From Octopus vulgaris (lineage: Eukaryota): DNA of 64,000 nt. The position numbers were made by a program, and so were the translations under genes. Below are positions 54,451-64,000 of this stretch, piece by piece; positions within the stretch are counted from its first letter, which is position 1; each line of letters starts with the position of its first letter. The notes under the pieces were generated by a model that saw only the letters and a list, made by a program, of their open reading frames with translations, did no database searches and was not told the DNA's origin. The DNA is taken from contig OX597835.1 of the NCBI GenBank assembly GCA_951406725.2, forward strand, positions 18,910,001 through 18,974,000, given 5' to 3'.

Positions 54451-54633
54451 CACCATGATAGATCGCTAGCCACTACACATTGTTTTCTCTCCATACTTCT
54501 TTCTGTGTTCCTTTCTATAGAAGTGCGTAGGCTCGAAACGTTAGACTTTTTCACTTGCCGAGCGTTAAACTAATACATCTGTTTGTTGTCTACACCATCT
54601 GTCTTCGTCTTCTGTTTTCTTGCGAATTCTCCT
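54450..54633 (+). mobile_element. Family H2 element with decayed HHR (54511-54546)
   Basis: CTTT-CTATAGA-A-GTGC gtag GCTC-GAAA-CG-TT-AG; colinear with the reverse complement of 39682-39880. Confidence 0.75.
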
Positions 54634-54634
54634 C

Positions 54635-54694
<60 letters not shown>

Positions 54695-55249
54695 AAATGC
54701 ATACACACACACCCTTCAAAATATTTGCTGCAGTATGGCCGGGGTTGAATGACGAAAACATCGAAAAAATAAAAGATGAAATACACATGCACACATATGA
54801 CAATGGATGGAGAATATTTTTCAGAAGATTATTAAATTTGTAAACTTAGTAGACGTTAAAGTGTTAAAATCCCAACCTATATATAAAAGTGCATGTTGTA
54901 AAGTTGACAGGATTTAGCAATTTATCGTAACCACTAGAATAAATTCGAATGAGAAGAATATATGAAGCATAATAAGAAAACATAATTATCGGAATATGGA
55001 AAGCTTTAGTAGAATTTACGAAAACAACTATAATCAGATCACAAGTTAAACATGCTTTATATTATAGCAACACTCGAAAATATTTCTGAAATTGTAATTG
55101 CCGAAAAAAACATACATGCTTACAGAAGTATGTTTTTATAAATATTGTTGAACGGAAAACGTTTCGAGTGTTAAGCTTAAAAATATATACAGCTCAGAAT
55201 TAGGAAAAAAATAGAGAAATTGTAAGAGAAGTGTCATTAATTATAACTG

Positions 55250-55267
55250 TACTACCACTACTACCAG

Positions 55268-55329
<62 letters not shown>

Positions 55330-55330
55330 T

Positions 55331-55422
<92 letters not shown>

Positions 55423-55552
55423 GTACAGTTGCCGCCATTGCTGCTGACGCTGCCCATGAAAATGATGACAATCACGCTGCTGCTGCAGCTGATGATGATG
55501 TTGATGATGATGATGATGAAGTTGATGATGATAATGACGATGATGATGATGA
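55250..55552. repeat. Compound (CTA)n-(TAA)n-(GAT)n microsatellite
   Basis: Direct reading. Confidence 0.97.
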
Positions 55553-55820
55553 TATAACGAAACATGAGAGTAATCGGATCGTATTGCCGAGAAGAGTCAT
55601 ATAGATGGAAACCACATATTCTAAAATAATAAGTATAATAAAAAACCATAACAAGTTTTGCGAAGAAAACAGGAAAATTTCAAATAAATAACGAGATTTT
55701 TGAGTACCGAACAAACAGCTCGAAAGAATATAGATTACTAACCTTTCCCCAGAATAACTTAAACGCAAGTACACTCACACAAACATCAAAGTATATATGC
55801 ACACAAATATATGTACATAC

Positions 55821-55898
<78 letters not shown>

Positions 55899-55929
55899 AT
55901 CAAAATAAAAACATGATGCGAAGGATTCA

Positions 55930-56007
55930 GCGGTACATATGTTTCGGGCCTTTATTAGACAGATTTATAACAATGCATAATGTATGTCTGTGGCCTTCTT
56001 CAGCCGC
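55930..56007 (-). ncRNA. Type I hammerhead ribozyme
   Basis: Minus strand: GCGG-CTGAAGA-AGGCC...GGCCC-GAAA-CATATG-TA-CCGC. Perfect GC helix I, palindromic ACATATGT helix III, GUA site, A-C at the base of helix II. Confidence 0.78.
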
Positions 56008-57686
56008 GCACAACAGCTTCCACAAGGACATGTGTTACATCAAAAATTCTTGGTTGGGGATGCAAATCCTCCCATTCGCGTACGACATAATGCGGCAGCA
56101 GCATAGAATTGAAGCGTCCATCTCTTTCTTCTCTCAATGTAGGATGAGGAAAATGGATGTTGAAGTAATGTAAATAAATAAATACATGTATATACGTGAA
56201 GATGGAGGGGCGAGAATTCAGGACGAGGGATAAAAAATGTATAAAAAGTGTAAGTATAGAAAAATATAAAAATGTAGAGCATAAAGATATAAAGAGATAT
56301 AAGGAGATGTAAAGGGGGTATAAAGAATATAAAGAAATATAAAGAAATATAAATAAATGTAAAGGCATAAGGTTATAAAGTAAAAATAGAAATAGAAATA
56401 AAAATAAAAGTAAAAAAAAAACATGATAAAAATGTAACAAAATATAAAAAAAAATATAAAGATAAGGGATGTATAGAGGTTAAGGACCAAGCAAGGTGGT
56501 CAGGAGATTGATAAAATTTAGTTGTAGAATTGTCAGTAAATCAACAGTTTCGTCTGGGGACCTAATGCGTTGTAAATCAGAGCTGTTGAGCGTTTAATCT
56601 GGTTCCTTGAATTATTTGGACTTCTAGTACATACATACCAACATGGATACACACACCCATATACACGCGTACATATACGCCTCCAAGCCTATAAGCATAC
56701 ACACGCACTCGCGTGTAAACATGCATATAAACACACACACACCCACACGCACGTGCGTACACATACATACATACAACAGAATATCCGCATGTATACACGG
56801 ACACTATACGTGTACACACTCACATGTACATACGCGCGCCCATCCCTACATACACACACGCATATGCCCACGCTTCCAGGTCTAGATATAAGATATAAAA
56901 GGATGTGTATAAGAGCGTATGTAAGGAATCACGTCTATGCGTGCACGCACACACGGCTGTGTGTACGTATGTGCGTGCACACATACACCTACACACACAC
57001 ACAGAGACATATGGGTATAGCTATAAGATATCAAAATATGCATGTACATATATGCGCGCGTTTATGTATGTATGCGTATACATACGTACACGGACGCTCG
57101 CATAGTCAAAAGTGGATCTATAGGTAAGTAAATAAACATATATAGAGACGTAAAGCGATAAGTTAGGGGTAAGAATGAGGGTAAGGGTAAAAATTAGAAA
57201 TAAAAGTAAGAAATACAGTATAAAATAAGAAATACAATGTAATAGTTAGAAATGAAATATAAAAATTATAAAAATTATAAGAGTTAAGGTAAGGGATGAA
57301 AATGAAAATGAGAATAAATGGAAGTAGAATAAGAGTAAAAATAAAATAAAATAAAATAAGATAAAAGTATACTTTAACATGAGATGAAGGTGGTTGAAAG
57401 TTAGAGGTGTGTGTTAAAAGTGTCCACGTAGGGGCGGGCGGGGTTAACTGAAAATTGGAAGGGTGGGAAGTGGAGTTTGGCGGTGTGCGTTCAACATCCG
57501 ACTTAGAAATGTGAAAGGGTATAGATATAGGGAAGTAAAGAGACTATATAGGAAGGATATGGGTGTAGGAGAAGAAATATTTAGGGAAAAGAAGTCATGT
57601 ATGGGAGACAAAATTTGTATATATAGGAGGAAAATGCAGGGAAACATATATGCACATACACACACCCACACACACACATACACACG

Positions 57687-57734
<48 letters not shown>

Positions 57735-57862
57735 TATACGTACACATATGTGCACATACATATACATACACACACACATACGCATATACACGCACATATA
57801 GGAAAGCGGGATGTGCTGGAGCCGACATACATATATATTCAGTTTTGTCTTTCCCAATATGT

Positions 57863-57910
<48 letters not shown>

Positions 57911-57918
<8 letters not shown>

Positions 57919-58026
57919 AAGGAGATGTGGAACACGAGTTGTGATATATAAAAAAAGGAAATGAAGAAAATGCTGACAAAATAATTAAAGTAAGGGACAG
58001 TGTATTTGATTAGGTGAAAGTTCTTA
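57911..58026 (-). repeat. Truncated third copy of the 58.3-kb palindrome arm
   Basis: AAAAAAGGAGATGT.GAACACGAGT.GTGATATATAAAAAAGGAAATGAAGAAAATGCTGACAAA is shared with 58291-58360. Confidence 0.85.
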
Positions 58027-58227
58027 TATATATATACATATACATGCGCGAGCTTGTACCTGTCTTTGCATGCGTTTGTCGAGGAAGCGTGCGTGGGATG
58101 CGTGCATATAACAAGGTTATGATATTGAAGACGTTTCGAATTACCAAGAACTTGCGTATGATGTGTATGATGATTGTAAAACCATCAGAAGCATTGATAG
58201 TATCAATGATATATGTGTGGGCGTGGG

Positions 58228-58942
<715 letters not shown>

Positions 58943-59017
58943 CATACATACGTACATACATACACACACGCATACATACATGGATACGTACATACATACA
59001 TACATATATATATATAT

Positions 59018-59406
59018 CTTTTACTTGTTTCAGTCATTTGACTGCGGCCATGCTGGAGCACTGCCTTTAGTCGAGCAAATCGACCCCGGGACTTATTTTT
59101 TGTAAGCCCAGTACTTATTCTATCGGTCTCTTTTGCCGAACCGCTACATGACGGGGACGTAAACACACCAGCATCGGTTGTCAAGCTAGGGGGACAAACA
59201 CAGACACACAAACACATACACACACACTTATATATATGTACATATATACGAGAGACTTCTTTCAGTTTCCGTCTACCAAATCCACTCACAAGGCATTGGT
59301 CGGCCCGGGGCTATAGCAGAAAACACTTGCCCAAGATGCCACGCAGTGGGACTGAACTCGGAACCATGTGGTTGGTTAGCAAGCTACTTACAACACAGCC
59401 ACTCCT
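59018..59406 (-). mobile_element. Family-A SINE
   Basis: Near-identical to the 12340 copy. Confidence 0.92.
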
Positions 59407-60412
59407 ATATATATTTATAAAACAGAAGTTTGAAATCGCCACTATATAAGATAAATTTTAATTTCCTTAGAAATTTTACATGTTTCGGCTCTTCTTGAAA
59501 AAACGAACCTTTTCGAAAATATTTTTAAAAGTGTAATAAAAAAGGTTATAATTGCTTCTTACTAGCCTCAACAGAGACCACGTGGTGTTTTTTTGTTGGG
59601 CGGTGGGGGGAGCATAACAGTTGTCTTGTGTGTTGACTAGATTCGTTGGCTGTATTTGGAAATGACCAGTGGCCGAAATAGCCGTAGTAGCAGTGACTGT
59701 TGGTCGTAGTAGCATTGACCATGGTGGTGGAGGTTGGAGTTGCGGTAGCAGTTCATTGGCTGTAGTACTAGCAGCTAGTTGACGGGGACGTAAACACACC
59801 AGCATCTGTTGTCAAGCAATGCTAGGGGGACAAACACAGACACACAGACACATACACACACTTATATATATATACATATATACGACAGGCTTCTTTCAGT
59901 TTCCGTCTACCAAATCCACTCACAAGGCATTGGTCGGCCCGGGGCTATAGTAGAAAACACTTGCCCAAGATGCTGCGCAGTGGGACTGAACCCGGAACCA
60001 TGTGGCTCGTTAGCAAGCTACTTACAACACAGCCACTCCTATATATATTTATAAAACAGAAGTTTGAAATCGCCACTATATAAGATAAATTTTAATTTTC
60101 TTAGAAATTTTACATGTTTCGGTTCTTCTTGAAAAAACGAACCTTTTCGAAAATATTTTTAAAAGTGTAATAAAAAAGGTTATAATTGTTTCTTACTAGC
60201 CTCAACAGAGACCACGTGGTGTTTTTTTTTGTGCGGCGGTGGGGGGAGCATAACAGTTGTCTTGTGTGTTGACTAGATTCGTTGGCTGTAGTTAGGAAAT
60301 GACCAGTGGCCGAAATAGCTGTAGTAGCAGTGACTGTTGGTCGTAGTAGCATTGACCATGGTGGTGGAGGTTGGAGTTGCGGTAGCAGTTCATTGGCTGT
60401 AGTACTAGCAGC
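59150..60412. repeat. Tandem duplication, ~631-bp period (SINE part + foldback left arm)
   Basis: GACGGGGACGTAAACACACCAGCATC begins at 59150 and 59781. Both units end ...TGTAGTACTAGCAGC. Confidence 0.93.
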
Positions 60413-60461
60413 AGCAGTAGTGGAAGTATGTTGGTCGTAGTAGTAATGGTAGTGACCATGA

Positions 60462-60496
<35 letters not shown>

Positions 60497-60511
60497 ATCG
60501 TGGTAGTAGTG

Positions 60512-60565
<54 letters not shown>

Positions 60566-60580
60566 ATCGTGGTGGTAGTG

Positions 60581-60613
<33 letters not shown>

Positions 60614-60628
60614 ATCGTGGTGGTAGTG

Positions 60629-60664
<36 letters not shown>

Positions 60665-60670
60665 ATCGTG

Positions 60671-60712
<42 letters not shown>

Positions 60713-60727
60713 ATCGTGGTAGTAGTG

Positions 60728-60769
<42 letters not shown>

Positions 60770-61620
60770 ATCGTGGTGGTAGTGGTAGAATTCCATTTTT
60801 CTTTACGGAAAACCAATATAAGGTTTCAATGTTCCTGGCCCAGGGTGTTTAAACTTGGTCCGAATTTTCCAATAAAATAGAGTTCTTTATTATGAGGTTG
60901 AGTGAAAGTTACGTTGTTACTGAATAATAGGTAAAAGTGGGAAAGTAGTAGTCACTGCTACTACTGCTATTTCGGCCACTGGTCATTTTCCCCAACTACA
61001 GCCAACGAATCTAGTCAACACGCAAAACAGCTTTTATGCTAAACCGCCCCCCCACACACACACACACAAACCACCACTTGAACTATGTTGAGATTAGTAA
61101 GAAACAATTACTCTACTCTTTTACTCTTTTACTTGTTTCTGTCATTTGACTGCGGCCATGCTGGAGCACCGCCTTTAGTCGAGCAAATCGACGCCGGGAC
61201 TTATTCTTTGTAAGCCCAGTACTTATTCTATCGGTCTCTTTTTGCCGAACCGCTAGGTGACGGGGATGTAAACACACCAGCACACAAACACACATACATA
61301 TACACATATATATACATATATACGACAGGCTTCTTTCAGTTTCCGTCTACCAAATCCACTCACAAGGCTTTGGTCGGCCCGGGGCTATAGCAGAAGACAC
61401 TCGCCCAAGCTGCCACGCAGTGGGACTGAACCCGGAACCATGTGGTTGGTAAACAAGCTACTTACCACACAGCCACTCCTATGAACTTTTTATTACACTT
61501 AACTTTTAAAATATTTTGGTCAATGTTCGTATTTTCAAGAACAACGAAAACATGTAAAATTTCAAAGAAAATTAAAATATCTCTTATGTAGTGACGTTTT
61601 CTTCTTTTTTATAAATATAT
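60045..61620. mobile_element. Foldback-like element with ~290-bp imperfect inverted arms around a (TAG)n array
   Basis: 60180-60335 is the reverse complement of 60950-61110, and 60045-60180 of 61481-61620. The right arm is split by SINE 61111-61480. The central (TAG)n carries periodic TGATCGTGG (60460-60790). Confidence 0.7.
61111..61480 (-). mobile_element. Family-A SINE inserted in the foldback arm
   Basis: Full tail and head; small internal deletion. Confidence 0.9.
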
Positions 61621-61662
61621 TCATTTTTATAAATTTATACCCACTCGTATACCACCTACACT

Positions 61663-61727
<65 letters not shown>

Positions 61728-62109
61728 TTATAAAATGAGATAGGGGTTGAATAATTCAACCCACCATGGGATAACATATATCCAATATACTGCTAGATAG
61801 GTTCCCAACAAGACTGATACATAGATGTTAAAAATTGCCAAGCAATTAGTTCATCTATTGTATTATATGGGCAAAGGTAATAATATTACCGTAAATTAAT
61901 ACTACAAATTAGAAAATGGAGAAATATATATATATTACTGCTTTTTCAAGAAATTCACAGTCGCCCAGTTATTGGCGTTTCCCTCGATTTCACGGCGGAT
62001 TGTCAATGGTTGAGCATGAAATGCGTGTTGTGTATTTAAAGAATACGGACAGGATACGACAATTTACTTCGTTCTTTTACTTGACTAACCTCTCAACTTT
62101 ATATGTATG

Positions 62110-62140
<31 letters not shown>

Positions 62141-62442
62141 ATATGTATGTATGTATGTATGTATATATGTATGTATGTATGTATGTATGAATGCATTATC
62201 TATCCAGCTATCTATTTATCTGTATGTCTGTGTATATGTGTATGTGTGTGTTTGTGTGTGTGTTTGCGTGTGTGTGTGTGTGTGTGTGTGTGTGAGTGAA
62301 TGTGTGCAAGTATGTGCCTGTGAGTTTCATGAATAGTTATATATGCGAACGGGGGGGGGGGTTCGTGTGCAAATTTACGCGCATAACATATACATACAAA
62401 CACACACACAGACTCGGCCCTACACACGCACACACATCCAAG

Positions 62443-62479
<37 letters not shown>

Positions 62480-63302
62480 TTATATGACTAGGATTCCATT
62501 CATCATTCATATCAGCTTTACTGATTATTCCTCTAATAGAGCGAAAACGACTTTTACTTATATTCTTCCAACTGCCTTTAATTCTACATTATATCCACAG
62601 ACAAATAATTCTAGTTTTTATAACGATATCGTTTAATATTCGCTTGAACACCTTCAAAATACGTATGTGCAATGCATCTGTAATTAAAACCGCCATGTCT
62701 GCCGGATAACAACATCCGTCTTTAATGAACAGCGTATAACGTCTGACCCGGGGGAGATTCATATCCTATTTCTATCGTTTACGTTGAGAATATTCAGAAT
62801 AGTACAACAGTAAACAATGGAAGAGAAAGCAGAAATAAAATTTGACCAAGCTTTTAATACTGCAACAGGGGTAGCTTAAGATTATATTTCACAAAACATA
62901 CCATTGTATTCCAGTACTTGAATGGGAAAAATTCAAGTTTTGGTGGAAGGCACAATGGCTAGCTAAGAATAATTACCTCAAGTATTGCAACTCTAACCTA
63001 ATTTAAACTGGCACTGCTTACCAAATTCCTTTTGTCTCTGCTGGTTTTATGAGAACATTTCTTGCATAATTCTCTTTTTATGGTGTACTTTCTGAAGAAT
63101 TTCCTTGTCTTGATATCAATGCAGACCAAGAGGGAGAGTGAGACACAGAGTGAGCGAATGTAAGAGGAGAGATAGACTTCGAGAGAGAGAGAGAGAGAGG
63201 CAGAGAAAGAGAGAGAGTGGGTAGGTTACTAATGGGAAGAAAGAACAAATGAAAGCAAGAGAAATTAAAGAGAGACAGAGACAGACTCGGATGGATGAAA
63301 TT

Positions 63303-63405
<103 letters not shown>

Positions 63406-63504
63406 AAGAGAAAAAGAGTTTTGGTGCGGGAAGGAAACGGAGAGAAGAACAATCAGAAATATAGAGACATACAAGAGAGTGAGAGAAGGGGAGACAAAAC
63501 AGGG

Positions 63505-63541
<37 letters not shown>

Positions 63542-63917
63542 AAAATGGTGATAGCGCAACAAAGAAAGAGAAGGGTATAGACAGACAAAGAAGTGAAAAG
63601 GAAGAATCAAGAATTTTGAGGTGGGGGAGAAGTGATTACAAGAATTGTGACTTGCCTTTTTTTGCGTTTCAATTGTTGCTTTTATTGTTGTTCATCCGTT
63701 CTTTATTGTTTTGTCTTATTTCACCAGTGAATACAATAGAATCTAAGAGATAACACTGCGCTGAAGTAAAACGCCGAATCGATAGTTTGGTGGCATTTTA
63801 AATGTCTCACGGAATGGAGGTTCGTATTCCGTTAAATATGATCTGCTACGCCGGTATGGCTATATATCATATATCTTATATTTTATTGAAGATGTTGGTT
63901 CTGAATATGCATATCAA

Positions 63918-64000
63918 AGCACTCCGTCGGTTACGACGACCGGGGTTGTAGGTGATCAGATAAACGGAACAGCCTGCTCGTGAAGTTAACGTGCAAGTAG
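63918..64000 (-). mobile_element. Family-B SINE 3' end (runs off the window)
   Basis: GCACTCCGTCGGTTACGACGA...AACGGAACAGCCTGCTCGTGAA.TTAACGTG is the reverse complement of the family-B tail. Confidence 0.85.

Noticed and set aside
56541-56589. Three-way junction resembling a type III hammerhead on the minus strand (TCAACAG/CTGTTGA, CTGAT/ATTAG, GTC-CCCA-GAC-GAAA)
   Set aside because: The CUGANGA core is absent at the required position and the NUH site is wrong.
58125-58192. Minus-strand CTGATGG...TTCGAAACGTC HHR-like string
   Set aside because: The core is altered and helices I and II do not pair well.
60460-60790. Regularly spaced TGATCGTGG motifs resembling a CRISPR array
   Set aside because: The 'spacers' are just (TAG)n. 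This is a higher-order microsatellite in a eukaryotic context with no cas genes.

Overview
Very AT-rich, microsatellite-saturated eukaryotic DNA. It is intergenic or intronic, and I could not support any multi-exon host gene. The repeat complement suggests an octopus/coleoid cephalopod genome (inference). Almost every ORF in the supplied track is a translation artefact of (TA)n, (CA)n, (TATC)n, (CATA)n or (TAG)n. The real content is mobile DNA: a young 5'-truncated CR1-clade LINE (13112-15817, one frameshift), a second CR1 3' fragment, an internally deleted Tx1/L1-like element sitting in (TATC)n, a decayed RRM-like/CCHC ORF1, four or more tRNA-derived SINE families, two short RTE-type elements with a structured 5' leader, non-autonomous Helitrons, a mariner relic, a MITE and a foldback element. 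The most striking hidden signal is a dense population of type I hammerhead-ribozyme (HHR) motifs, about 15 read by eye on both strands. Most have a palindromic helix III of the Penelope-like-element/retrozyme type, and many lie in short elements next to (TA)n tracts. They include a near-perfect copy (31402-31489), covarying sub-families, non-canonical core variants and two long fold-back palindromes built from head-to-head HHR copies. A SINE/28S-rRNA chimera with the junction signature of trans twin-priming is also present. All structures were read by eye; none were computed or tested.
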